A stretch of 61,182 bases of DNA, counting the filler, from Coriobacteriales bacterium (lineage in GTDB: Bacteria > Actinomycetota > Coriobacteriia > Coriobacteriales > UBA8131): assembly GCA_031263105.1 (NCBI GenBank). It is 7 parts of 7 records of this genome, joined end to end, with 100 filler letters (N's around TTAATTAATTAA, not from the genome) between each part and the next. Parts side by side here need not be neighbours in the genome. Positions count along the whole stretch, not along the records: positions 34,419 to 43,875 come from JAISGJ010000101.1; positions 43,976 to 61,182 come from JAISGJ010000168.1; 5 more parts are not named here. One strand, 5' to 3'. The notes under the pieces were generated by a model. It had not been told where the DNA came from, did no database searches, and saw only the letters and a list, made by a program, of their open reading frames with translations. The number at the start of each line of letters is the position of its first letter. Within the stretch, counting starts at the first letter, position 1. Positions 40,159 to 53,146 of this stretch are shown piece after piece. A program made the translations under genes and the position numbers.

Positions 40159-41022
40159 ATGAGAACGCACCCCACCAGCCACAACCAGCGGCTCCAAGGC
40201 CTGAAGCAGGCCTTCGTCGCAGCTCTGCCCATCATGGCAGGCTACCTCGTGCTTGGCATTCCCTGCGGCATCCTCGGCCTGCAGGCGGGCATGAGCCTCC
40301 TGCAGATCACGCTCATGAGCCTGCTGTTCTACTCCGGGGCGGGGCAGTACCTTATCCCCAACATGTGGCTCGCTGCCGCTCCTGTGGCCTCGATCGTGGC
40401 AAGCGTCTCGCTGGTGAACGCGCGGCAGATACTCTACGGTGCCGCGCTCTCGCGCTTCTGTGAACACACGGGCAAACGCCTCACCCTGCTTTTCTCCGCG
40501 ACCGTCACCGACGAGAGCTTCGGCGTGAACATCGAGCGCTTCGCAGACGACGGGCGCTGGAGCGTTGCCAGGGCGACCGCCGTGAACCTCTTTTCGCTCC
40601 TGTCCTGGGTGTGCGCGAACGTCGTGGGCGCACTGGCGGGCACCGTCCTCTCCGTGCCGGTCGCGGTGGCGTCGTTCGCCATGACGAGCATCTTCCTGTG
40701 CCTGCTCTTCATGCAGGGCTTCAGCCGCCCCGCCCTCGTCGCGGGAGTGGCTGCGGCCTGCGGCGTGCTCGCCTGCAAGCTGCTCGGCCTTGCGGGACCC
40801 GCCATCTTTGTCGGCGCACTGCTCGGCATCGCTGCGGCGATGCTGGCGAGCGCGGGCGGCGGCGGGCATGCGAGCGGCGGCGGGCATGCGAGCGGCGCGA
40901 ACGCAGCGGGCGGCCCCGTCGGCGAGACTAGCGAAAACGACGAGAGCAAAAGCATGGGGAGACAATCGGGCGGGTCGGTGCACAGAGAGCAGGAAGCGCA
41001 GGAAGCGGGTGACGTCCCATGA
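40159..41022 (+). CDS. azlC: AzlC-family branched-chain amino acid exporter
   Basis: PIMAGY..LG, YSGAGQY, VNARQILY, TDESFG. Confidence 0.9.
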   Translation: MRTHPTSHNQRLQGLKQAFVAALPIMAGYLVLGIPCGILGLQAGMSLLQITLMSLLFYSGAGQYLIPNMWLAAAPVASIVASVSLVNARQILYGAALSRFCEHTGKRLTLLFSATVTDESFGVNIERFADDGRWSVARATAVNLFSLLSWVCANVVGALAGTVLSVPVAVASFAMTSIFLCLLFMQGFSRPALVAGVAAACGVLACKLLGLAGPAIFVGALLGIAAAMLASAGGGGHASGGGHASGANAAGGPVGETSENDESKSMGRQSGGSVHREQEAQEAGDVP

Positions 41023-41348
41023 GCTGGGGCACCTTTCTCGCCATCCTCGGGATATGCATGGCGACGATACTGGCGAGCCGCGTGCTCCCCGTCCTTCTCC
41101 TCAAGGAACGCGAGCTGCCGAAGCGCCTGTCCGAGGCGCTGGGCTACATCCCCCCTGCCGCCTTCGCCGCGCTGGTGGCCAACGACCTCCTCAGCCCGCA
41201 GCTGCTGGCGGGAGAGCTGTGGCCCGCGCTGATAGGCTGGATAGCCGCAGCGCCCGTGGTGGTGATCGCCCTCAGAACCCGCTCCCTGCTCTGGTGCACC
41301 CTCACAGGCGTCGTCGCCTACGCCCTGCTGCTCCTCCTCCCCCTGTGA
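41019..41348 (+). CDS. azlD: AzlD-family protein
   Basis: ATGA overlap with azlC; SRVLP, L.YIP.A.FAALV. Confidence 0.88.
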   Translation: MSWGTFLAILGICMATILASRVLPVLLLKERELPKRLSEALGYIPPAAFAALVANDLLSPQLLAGELWPALIGWIAAAPVVVIALRTRSLLWCTLTGVVAYALLLLLPL

Positions 41349-41430
41349 GCGGTTCGGGAGGACGGCGATGGCTGCCCAGCGAGCGAAACGATAGACTGGA
41401 AGAACGAGACGACGCACAAGGAGGCGAAGC

Positions 41431-42066
41431 ATGAGCGCAGACATACCAGGCAGCAGACATGAGTTTGAGGCCGCCTATGGCCTGATGGTCTTGGTGACAG
41501 ACGAGACCGCCGACAAAGTCCTTGCCATCACCAAGGACATCGTCGCCAAGCTGCCGTACAACGACGAGTACGGCCACGTCCCCTGGGAGGCCTGCACGCT
41601 CAGGCACTGGCTCAACCACGAGTTCTACGCCGGACTCCCCGACACCCTGAAGGCTGCCATCGTGCCCAGAGACGACGAGATGGGAGACCGAGTGTTCCTG
41701 CTCTCCGTCAACGAGGCCGCCGCCTGCTTCGAGGGCGACGCAGAGAGGGCAGCGACACACAACAGCAACCCCGCCTGGTGGTGGCTGCGCACACCAGGCA
41801 TCGCCGGCCACGCCGCCTTCGTCAGCAAGGACGGCACAGTCAACGCCCACGGCTACAACATCCTGAACCGCTACGGCGGCGGCGCTCGCCCAGCAATGTG
41901 GCTGGATGTGCGGGACTTGAACCCACGACCTCTGGCTTGCTCAGCTTGGTCACTCTCAAGTGGCCAAGCTGGCTCTGCGCCGCCATCAACGACCAACCAG
42001 CATCTCTGCGCCGTCGGCTCCGCGACTGCACCGAAATCAAAGAACGTTCTCAAAGCGGCAGGCTGA
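41431..42066 (+). CDS. DUF6273-like protein with a C-terminal extension running into island DNA
   Basis: AGGAGG RBS; W..CTLR.WLN..F, DRVFLLS..EA, WWWLRTPG, RPAMW. Confidence 0.75.
   Translation: MSADIPGSRHEFEAAYGLMVLVTDETADKVLAITKDIVAKLPYNDEYGHVPWEACTLRHWLNHEFYAGLPDTLKAAIVPRDDEMGDRVFLLSVNEAAACFEGDAERAATHNSNPAWWWLRTPGIAGHAAFVSKDGTVNAHGYNILNRYGGGARPAMWLDVRDLNPRPLACSAWSLSSGQAGSAPPSTTNQHLCAVGSATAPKSKNVLKAAG
41899..41940 (-). other. tRNA 3'-half-like fragment, candidate att site
   Basis: Minus strand reads GCCAG-AGGTC-GTGGG-TTCAAGT-CCCGC-ACATCCA-G-CCA; no 5' half present. Confidence 0.55.
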
Positions 42067-42148
42067 CCAGCAAAGAGCCCGGTATCGCGACGGGTGGAAA
42101 GGTGAAAGCCAAGGAGCGGTAGAAGCTGTGGTTGCATGGCAATGGTGA

Positions 42149-42244
42149 AGTGCCAATAGTATACCAAATACGGGATACTATTGGCACTCAACAATTACAC
42201 ATATTTATTGCCAAACCTATACCAATTCAGGTATACTTTTGCCA
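42149..42244 (+). promoter_or_regulatory. AbiE promoter with two related palindromic operators
   Basis: agtgccaatagtat-N12-atactattggcact (42149-42188); related copy at 42209-42244 overlapping TTGCCA-18 nt-TATACT. Confidence 0.7.
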
Positions 42245-42801
42245 TGACGTATTTCGACGACATATACGATCAGGCTGCTGACAATTACGGCTTCATAACC
42301 ACGGCAGAGGCTCGCGCCCTTGGCGTGCCCGGCATCGAGGTGGTGAAGATGGCGCAGCGCGGCAAGCTGGATCGCGTTGGCTACGGTGTGTACCGGCTCA
42401 ACCGCTACTACCCAACAGAGTTCGATGCCTATGCCCAAGCGGTGGCTTTAGTGGGTGATGGGGCGTACATCTACGGCGAGTCGGTGCTGGCGATGCTCAA
42501 TCTGGCTCTGGTAAACCCCAGCAAGATAACGGTAGCCACTCCCGCGCGAGTGCGTAAGACGCTACCAGCGCACATAAAAGTGGTCGCCGCCAAACCTGAG
42601 ACCAAGGTGACGCGCTACGAGTGCATCCCGTCGCAGACTGTTGCAGATGCCATCAGAACCTGCAAGAAAACCATAATGGCTGAGCGTCTGCTTCCTGCCA
42701 TAGAAAACGCCAGGCTACGGGGCCTGGTGGGCGAGCGGGAGGCCACGGAGCTGAAAAAGGAGATCAGGAATGCCCATAAAGCAACCAAACAGCCGACGTA
42801 A
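42244..42801 (+). CDS. Type IV TA antitoxin, AbiEi family
   Basis: N-terminal winged HTH (A..NYGFITT.EA, G.L.RVG.GVYRL), ESVL...L; paired with a nucleotidyltransferase. Confidence 0.85.
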   Translation: MTYFDDIYDQAADNYGFITTAEARALGVPGIEVVKMAQRGKLDRVGYGVYRLNRYYPTEFDAYAQAVALVGDGAYIYGESVLAMLNLALVNPSKITVATPARVRKTLPAHIKVVAAKPETKVTRYECIPSQTVADAIRTCKKTIMAERLLPAIENARLRGLVGEREATELKKEIRNAHKATKQPT

Positions 42802-43594
42802 CCTCGACATAGCAATTCAACGGCTGTTCAGCACTACCAATGACCCAGTGCGCGTAAGAAGGACGATTGCCAACACAATAGTAGGCCAGCTACTGCCCAA
42901 AGGGGTTATCAAAGGCGGCAGCTCGTTGAAACTGCGTTATGGCGACAAGGCTACGCGGCTGACGAAAGACCTTGATGCAGCCCGAGCAGAAGAGTTGGAG
43001 GATTTCATCCAAGAACTGGACGACGCTCTGACAAAAGGCTGGAACGGATTTTCCGGAAAGGTTGTGCGCCTCAAGCCCGCCAAACCAAAAGAAGTGCCGG
43101 ACGAATACATCATGCAACCTTTTGACATCAAGATGTCCTACAACGAAGCGTCCTGGCTCACTGTGCAGTTGGAGCTTGGTCATGATGAGATTGGCGACAC
43201 GGACAACCCGGACTATTGGATATCGCCCGATATCGTTGCCATCTTTGAACAGCTGGGCCTCCCGTCTCCAAAGCCTATAGCGCTGATGCCAATCCCACAC
43301 CAGATAGCCCAGAAGCTCCACGGAGTCAGCGGCCTGAAGAGCGAGAGGGCACATGACCTTATTGACCTGCAGTTAATGGTAGCTAACGAAGATGTCGATT
43401 ATGCCAAGACCAAGGAAGCCTGCCAGCGTCTGTTTGCCTCTCGCAAGCTGCAAGCCTGGCCACCGACAGTGGTAAAGGGCGAAAACTGGGATGAACTCTA
43501 CGAGAGCCAGTTGGGCGACCTGGACGTGCTACAATCCGTTGACGAGGCTGTGGCTTGGGCAAATAGGTTGATTGCTGCCATCAGTGCTAAATAG
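42770..43594 (+). CDS. AbiEii/AbiGii nucleotidyltransferase toxin
   Basis: IKGGSSL.LR, R.TKDLD, QIAQKLH, R.HDLIDL. Confidence 0.9.
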   Translation: MPIKQPNSRRNLDIAIQRLFSTTNDPVRVRRTIANTIVGQLLPKGVIKGGSSLKLRYGDKATRLTKDLDAARAEELEDFIQELDDALTKGWNGFSGKVVRLKPAKPKEVPDEYIMQPFDIKMSYNEASWLTVQLELGHDEIGDTDNPDYWISPDIVAIFEQLGLPSPKPIALMPIPHQIAQKLHGVSGLKSERAHDLIDLQLMVANEDVDYAKTKEACQRLFASRKLQAWPPTVVKGENWDELYESQLGDLDVLQSVDEAVAWANRLIAAISAK

Positions 43595-43712
43595 CACAGG
43601 CACAACAGGTACGGTTCGCCTGTTGAACTGCCCATTTTTGATTCACTAGCTCGTGGTTCAGGAATAGTACAATGAACAAAACAGATTTTGGGACCGGAAG
43701 AGAGGTGCGGGG

Positions 43713-43875
43713 ATGATTCACAACGAGAACTCACGGGTCAAAATTCCCGCCCTCGCACACTTCACCAGGGTTGGCTATGACTATGTTTCGCTCAAGGATT
43801 ATGAGGGGCTAATCGATGAGGACACCAACATCTTCCCCATAACGTTGCGTAACAGTGTCAATAGGATAAACGATG
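43713..43875 (+). CDS. hsdR: Type I restriction enzyme R subunit, N-terminus only
   Basis: GAGG RBS; NENSRVKIPAL.H..R.GY.YVSL, TNIF; truncated by contig end. Confidence 0.65.
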
Positions 43876-43975
43876 NNNNNNNNNNNNNNNNNNNNNNNNN
43901 NNNNNNNNNNNNNNNNNNNTTAATTAATTAANNNNNNNNNNNNNNNNNNNNNNNNNNNNNNNNNNNNNNNNNNNN
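43876..43975. other. Artificial contig linker
   Basis: N-run, TTAATTAATTAA, N-run. Confidence 0.98.
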
Positions 43976-44018
43976 GGGGGCGCGGGGGCGGCGGCCGCGC
44001 CGGCCCGCCGCCCCCCCC

Positions 44019-44064
<46 letters not shown>

Positions 44065-44099
44065 AAACGGACGGAGCGGCGGAGGCAGCAGAGAGCGGG

Positions 44100-44918
44100 T
44101 CAGCGGGGCCTGGTGCGGGCGATGCGGCGGGCGTTGTGGGCGAGGGCGTCGTCGAGCTCTGGGAGGGCGCCTTCGCCGTAGCGGCGGTCGAGGGCGGCCT
44201 GGATGAGGAAGTCGGCGACGGCGGGGTTCTTGGGGAGCAGGGGGCCGTGCAGGTAGGTGCCGATCGCGTTGCGGTGCAGCACGCCCTCCGTGCCGTCGCG
44301 GCCGTTGTTGCCGGCGCCGCTGACGACTTGGGCGAAGGGCTGCTCGCCGGCGGCGAGCCAGGTCCTGCCGCTGTGGTTCTCGTAGCCGACGACCTCGCCG
44401 AAGCGCTCGCTGGCCGTGACGATGTTGCCGATGAGGCGCTCTGTGCCGCCCTCGGTGTGGAGGTCGAAGATGCCCAGGCCCTCGATCGTCTCGCCGTCCG
44501 TCGTCTGGAAGTGGCTGCCGAAGAGCTGATAGGTTCCGCAGACCACGAGCGCGGGCACGCCCTGCTCCACCCAGGCGCCGAGCGCGGGGCCTATCCGCCG
44601 CAGGTCCTTTGCGACGACCGTCTGCCCGGAGTCCTGCCCGCCTCCGCCCAAGACGATGTCGGGCTCGGCGGGGATACCGTCGCCCGGATGATGGTCTGCG
44701 ACCTCGACCTCGAAGCCGCGCCATTGGAGGCGCCGGACGAGCGCAAGCAGGTTGCCATGGTCCCCGTAGATGTTCATCTCGCGGGGGTAGAGGTGCAGGA
44801 TGGCGAGCTTTCGGGCCGCGCCCGACCCTCCCGCCGCTCTCACCGCCGTCGCGCCCGCCGCCGCTGCCGTCGCCTGCACGGCCATGCCCGCACCCGCTGT
44901 TGCTCCCTGCGCCCCCAT
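44100..44918 (-). CDS. gatD: Glutamine amidotransferase GatD (CobQ-like)
   Basis: HLYP..MN.YGD.GN, GGGQD, VCGTYQL.G, GYENHSG, TYLHGPLLPKNP. Confidence 0.92.
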   Translation of the reverse strand: MGAQGATAGAGMAVQATAAAAGATAVRAAGGSGAARKLAILHLYPREMNIYGDHGNLLALVRRLQWRGFEVEVADHHPGDGIPAEPDIVLGGGGQDSGQTVVAKDLRRIGPALGAWVEQGVPALVVCGTYQLFGSHFQTTDGETIEGLGIFDLHTEGGTERLIGNIVTASERFGEVVGYENHSGRTWLAAGEQPFAQVVSGAGNNGRDGTEGVLHRNAIGTYLHGPLLPKNPAVADFLIQAALDRRYGEGALPELDDALAHNARRIARTRPR

Positions 44919-44920
44919 GC

Positions 44921-46366
44921 TCACTCCACCTTGCTCACGGCGGTGTAGGCGGCGAGGTGGGAGCGGCAGCGCAGCATGGCGGTGTAGGTGCAGTACAGGC
45001 GCATGGGACGCGTGCTCCCTTCGATGAAGCGGTCGAGGGCGCGCCCGAGCTCCGTGTCGACCTGAGCGAAGGGCACCTCGTCGTAGCAGAGGCGCAGCGC
45101 CATGTCCCAGGCGCGCGTCCCGCTGAGCATCGCCGCCCCTTCGTCGCGCAAGGTGGAGAAGCCCACGTCGAAGAGCCAGCTCATGTCGCGCCCGTCGGCG
45201 TACTCGTCGTTGATGGCGATCATCGTGTCGTGGCCCGCCGCCTCGAAGGATGCGAGCGCCAGGCGGAACCCGCCGGGGTTCTTCACAAGCACCATCTCGA
45301 GCATCCGCCCTTCGACGGTGAAGGACTCCCCTCTCCCGAAGGCGCTCTTCACGGTGGCGAGGCAATCGACGATCTGCGCAGTGGGCGCCGCCTCGCCGAG
45401 GACGACGTGTACGAGGGCCAGCGCGGCGGCGGCGTTGTAGGCGTTGTAGACGCCTTTGAGCTCAAGGGCCGTCTGGAAGGGCCGCCCGTCGACCACATAG
45501 GTCGCGCGGCCGCTGTCGAGGGCGTCAAGCGTCACGAGGGCCTCGGGCTCGAGTGTGCCAGCGGGGACACAGGCCGGTACACAGGGGGACGGTACACAGG
45601 GCGGTACACAGGGGGACGGCTCTTTGGGGACACAGGGGGACGGTTCTTTTGTGCCGCCGTATCGGCCTCGACTCTCTTTTGGTAGCACAAAAGAACCGTC
45701 CCCCTGTGTCCCCCGTGTCCCCTGTGTCCCCTCGTCGTAGAGCTCGTCGTCGGAGGGGAAGCGCGAAAGCAGGGCGGGGGCGAGGCCGTACCAGACGAGC
45801 CGCGCAGGGGCCTCGCGCAGGTCCTCGCGCGAGGCGAAGCGCGCGAGCCGGCCGTCCTCCCTGTTGAGCACCACCGCCTCGGTCGTGTGACGGGCGACGA
45901 AGGCGAGCAGGTCGGCGGTGTGGTCGATCTCGCCGAAGCGGTCGAGCTGGTCTCGCATGACGTTCAGCAGCAGGGTGTGGCGCGGGGCGACCCGCTGGAC
46001 GAAGTGCGTGGCGTGGGCCTCGTCGAGCTCGAGCACGGCGATGTCCGCATCGAGCCTGCCGCCGAGCGTGATCTGGGAGAGCAGCGCGGCGATGACCCCG
46101 CGCATGAAGTTCGAGCCCGTGGCGTTCGTGAACACCCGAAGCCCCTGCGAGCGGAGCAGCTCGGCGACGATCCGGGTCGTCGTCGTCTTGCCGTTGGTGC
46201 CGCTTATGACCACGACGCCGTGCGGCAGTCGCCGGAGGACGTCGACGGCGAAGGCGGGCTCGATCTTCTCCACCACAAGGCCGGGGAAGGCGGAGCCGGC
46301 GCCGCCCTTGAGCCGTGCTGCGGCCTGGACGAGCTTACCGAGCGCTATCGTTAGGGGATTCGCCAA
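44921..46366 (-). CDS. murT: MurT ligase (DUF1727) with an in-frame palindromic insertion
   Basis: SGTNGKTTT, LELDEA, RDQLDRFGE, AFGRGE, LVKNP.G, DGRDMSWLFDV; TTG 46366 after GAGG (alternative ATG 46378). Confidence 0.9.
   Translation of the reverse strand: MANPLTIALGKLVQAAARLKGGAGSAFPGLVVEKIEPAFAVDVLRRLPHGVVVISGTNGKTTTTRIVAELLRSQGLRVFTNATGSNFMRGVIAALLSQITLGGRLDADIAVLELDEAHATHFVQRVAPRHTLLLNVMRDQLDRFGEIDHTADLLAFVARHTTEAVVLNREDGRLARFASREDLREAPARLVWYGLAPALLSRFPSDDELYDEGTQGTRGTQGDGSFVLPKESRGRYGGTKEPSPCVPKEPSPCVPPCVPSPCVPACVPAGTLEPEALVTLDALDSGRATYVVDGRPFQTALELKGVYNAYNAAAALALVHVVLGEAAPTAQIVDCLATVKSAFGRGESFTVEGRMLEMVLVKNPGGFRLALASFEAAGHDTMIAINDEYADGRDMSWLFDVGFSTLRDEGAAMLSGTRAWDMALRLCYDEVPFAQVDTELGRALDRFIEGSTRPMRLYCTYTAMLRCRSHLAAYTAVSKVE
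45563..45731. repeat. GGGGAC-type palindromic element inside murT
   Basis: Perfect 29-bp inverted repeat at 45626-45654 / 45685-45713 plus partial tandem copies of its ends on both sides. Confidence 0.9.
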
Positions 46367-48284
46367 AGAACACCTCATACCAGACGAGGAACACGTACAC
46401 GTTCCATATCTTGCGGCTGTTGTCGGCACGCCCGGCGCGGTGGTCGTCGAGCAGCGCGACGAGCGGCCCGTCGTGGAAGAAGCGCCGGGCCGTCTCGCCC
46501 TCGAAGGCCGCGCGGACGCGGGCGTACCAGCGGTCCTCGGCAAGCCAGACGCGCATGGGGACGGGGAAGCCGAGCTTCGGGCGGTTCGCGACGCGCTCGG
46601 GCAGCACCTCGAGCGCGGCGGTGCGCAGCGCGGCCTTCGTGGCCCTGCTGGTGACGCGGTATCCGAGCGGCAGGGTGCGCGCCAGCGCGAACACCTCGCG
46701 GTCGAGGAAGGGCACCCGGCTTTCGAGCGAATGCGCCATGGACATCTTGTCCGCCTTGAGGAGGATGTCGCCCGGGAGCCAGAAGTTGTAGTCGATGTAC
46801 TGCATCTTGCCCGTGTCGTCCGCAGAGGCGACGCGTGCGTAGAAGGGCCGGGTGAGCGTCTCGGGGGCCGGTGCGTGCACGGGGGCCTTGAGCAGCGCCT
46901 CGCGCTCTGCGACGCTGAAGAGGTAGGCGTTGGAGATGTAGCGCTCCTCGACGGTCTTCGACGCGCGCTCAAGAAAGGACTTGCCCTTGAAGCGGAAGGG
47001 GACGGCGCGGGCGCAGGCCGCCAAGGCGCGACGGAGGGCGCGCGGCAGCCTTTGGAAGCCCGACAGCCCCAGCGGCTCGTGGTAGATGGGGTAGCCCCCG
47101 AAGAACTCGTCGGCGCCCTCCCCCGAGAGCACGACCTTCACGTCGGCAGCCACGAGCTCGTCGAGGAAGAACAGGGCGACGGCGGAAGGGTCGGCCAACG
47201 GCTCGTCCATGTGGTACATGATGCGCGGGATGGCGTCCCAGTACTCCTCGGGGGAGATGACGCGGCTCGTGTTCGTCTTGCCCATCTCGCGAGCCGCCTC
47301 CTCGGCATAGGAGATCTCGTTGTACCTCACGCCGTCGGCGGTCTCGAAGCCGACGGTGTAGGTGCGCTCGTTGGGGTAGAGCGCCGTGATGTAGCTCGAG
47401 TCGATGCCGCTGGAGAGCAGCGAACCGACCTCCACGTCCGCGATCATGTGCGCCGTGACGCTCTCCTGCATGACGCGCTGTATCCGCTCCACCGTCTGGT
47501 CAAAGGAGGGGGCGGGCGCAGCGGCGGGCAGCGGGTCGAAGTAGCGGCGGAGGGTGAGGGCGGGCGGGGCAGCAGGGGCGTCCGCAACGCCTTCCTCCCC
47601 TGTCCCCTCCCCTGCCGTGAACGTGAGGCATTCGCCGGGGCCGAGCTTGAAGACGCCCTTGAAGAAGGTCTCGGGCAGGGCCGAGTACTGGAAGCTCAGG
47701 TACTGCTCAAGGGCCTCGAGGTTGAGCTCGGGCACCGCAGCGGGATACGCGAGGATGCTCTTTATCTCCGAGGCGTAGACGAGGGTGGGGGCGCACGGGG
47801 CGTCGGGGGCGCCCAAAGCGTCAGGGCCGCATAGGGTGTAGTAGAAGGGCTTGATGCCGAAAGGGTCGCGCGCGGCGAAGGCGGTGCGGCTGCGCGTGTC
47901 CCATATGACGAAGGCGAACATGCCCCGGAGCCTGTCGAGGAGGGCCTCGCCGTACTCCTCCCACCCGTGCACCAGCACCTCGGTGTCCGCACCGGTGGCG
48001 AAGCGGTGCCCGCGCAGGATGAGCTCGGCCCGAAGGTCGAGGTGGTTGTATATCTCGCCGTTGAAGGTGACGACGACGCTGCCGTCCTCGTTGGCCATGG
48101 GCTGATGGCCGCAGTCGAGGTCGATGATGGAGAGGCGACGGAAACCGAGCGCCGCGCCCCCGTCGAGGTAGGAGCCCTCGTCGTCCGGCCCGCGATGGAC
48201 GATGCGGTCCTTCATGTCCTGGAGGACGGCCGCAGGGTCGCCTATGCCGGGGGCAGGGCCTATGAAGCCGCAGATGCCGCACAT
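46335..48284 (-). CDS. asnB: Asparagine synthase (glutamine-hydrolysing) family amidotransferase
   Basis: MCGICG, HRGPD, RRLSIID, FNGEIYN, LSSGIDSS, LSGEGADE.FGGY, RVPFLD. Confidence 0.93.
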   Translation of the reverse strand: MCGICGFIGPAPGIGDPAAVLQDMKDRIVHRGPDDEGSYLDGGAALGFRRLSIIDLDCGHQPMANEDGSVVVTFNGEIYNHLDLRAELILRGHRFATGADTEVLVHGWEEYGEALLDRLRGMFAFVIWDTRSRTAFAARDPFGIKPFYYTLCGPDALGAPDAPCAPTLVYASEIKSILAYPAAVPELNLEALEQYLSFQYSALPETFFKGVFKLGPGECLTFTAGEGTGEEGVADAPAAPPALTLRRYFDPLPAAAPAPSFDQTVERIQRVMQESVTAHMIADVEVGSLLSSGIDSSYITALYPNERTYTVGFETADGVRYNEISYAEEAAREMGKTNTSRVISPEEYWDAIPRIMYHMDEPLADPSAVALFFLDELVAADVKVVLSGEGADEFFGGYPIYHEPLGLSGFQRLPRALRRALAACARAVPFRFKGKSFLERASKTVEERYISNAYLFSVAEREALLKAPVHAPAPETLTRPFYARVASADDTGKMQYIDYNFWLPGDILLKADKMSMAHSLESRVPFLDREVFALARTLPLGYRVTSRATKAALRTAALEVLPERVANRPKLGFPVPMRVWLAEDRWYARVRAAFEGETARRFFHDGPLVALLDDHRAGRADNSRKIWNVYVFLVWYEVFFGESPNDSAR

Positions 48285-48287
48285 GGC

Positions 48288-48791
48288 TCATCGGGCCTCT
48301 CGCGGAGAGGGGGGCACAGGGCCCTCCTTGCCCTCCCAGGCATAGCGCAGGCGCTGGATGGCGGAGAAGGTCGAGTCCCCCGCGATGCCGTCGGCGCCGA
48401 GGCCGGCGTTGTGCTGGAACTCGCGCAGCGCCCCTTCGGTGCCCACGCCGAATATGCCGTCGGCGACGCAGGAGAAGCCCAGGGTCGCAAGCGCGGTCTG
48501 CAGGGTGTGGACGTCGTGGCCGTGGAAATGGGGCATGCGCAGATAGAGTATCCGGTCGCCGAGGATGAAGGTCGCATCGACCAGGGCCGTCCAGGTGTCG
48601 CGGTCGACCTCGCTGCCGGGCCCCAGCCGCGCCGACGCCCTGAAGGCCGCCACCGCCTGCGCCGTCAGCGGCCCGAAGACGGCCTGGCCCGCCTCGTCGC
48701 CCAGCCCGTAGCCGAGCGAGCGCAGGCGCGCCTGCACGTCCCTGACTGCCGGGCCCTTGGAGCCGTGTGCTATGGGGGCGACGTCCGTCAT
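48288..48791 (-). CDS. Peptidoglycan-binding domain protein
   Basis: Two PG-binding repeats (G..V..(V/L)Q..L..LG, DGIFG..TE.ALREFQ...GL..DGI.G). Confidence 0.88.
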   Translation of the reverse strand: MTDVAPIAHGSKGPAVRDVQARLRSLGYGLGDEAGQAVFGPLTAQAVAAFRASARLGPGSEVDRDTWTALVDATFILGDRILYLRMPHFHGHDVHTLQTALATLGFSCVADGIFGVGTEGALREFQHNAGLGADGIAGDSTFSAIQRLRYAWEGKEGPVPPSPREAR

Positions 48792-48803
48792 GCCTTCCTG
48801 CTC

Positions 48804-53035
<4,232 letters not shown>

Positions 53036-53146
53036 CGGCCCCTATGCGGCCCCCTGACGCAAAAGGGGCGACAGAACGGGCGACAAGCCCTATACTGTAC
53101 TGTTCACGATGCAAGGCCGTTGCAAGGAGGGAGTACGGACGACGAC

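Noticed and set aside
41899..41975. Complete tRNA gene on the minus strand
   Set aside because: The anticodon stem 5' strand, D-arm and acceptor 5' strand are absent; kept only as a 3' fragment.
53097..53107. gtactgttcac as another element end
   Set aside because: Short match with no cactgtcat core or partner end; could be chance.
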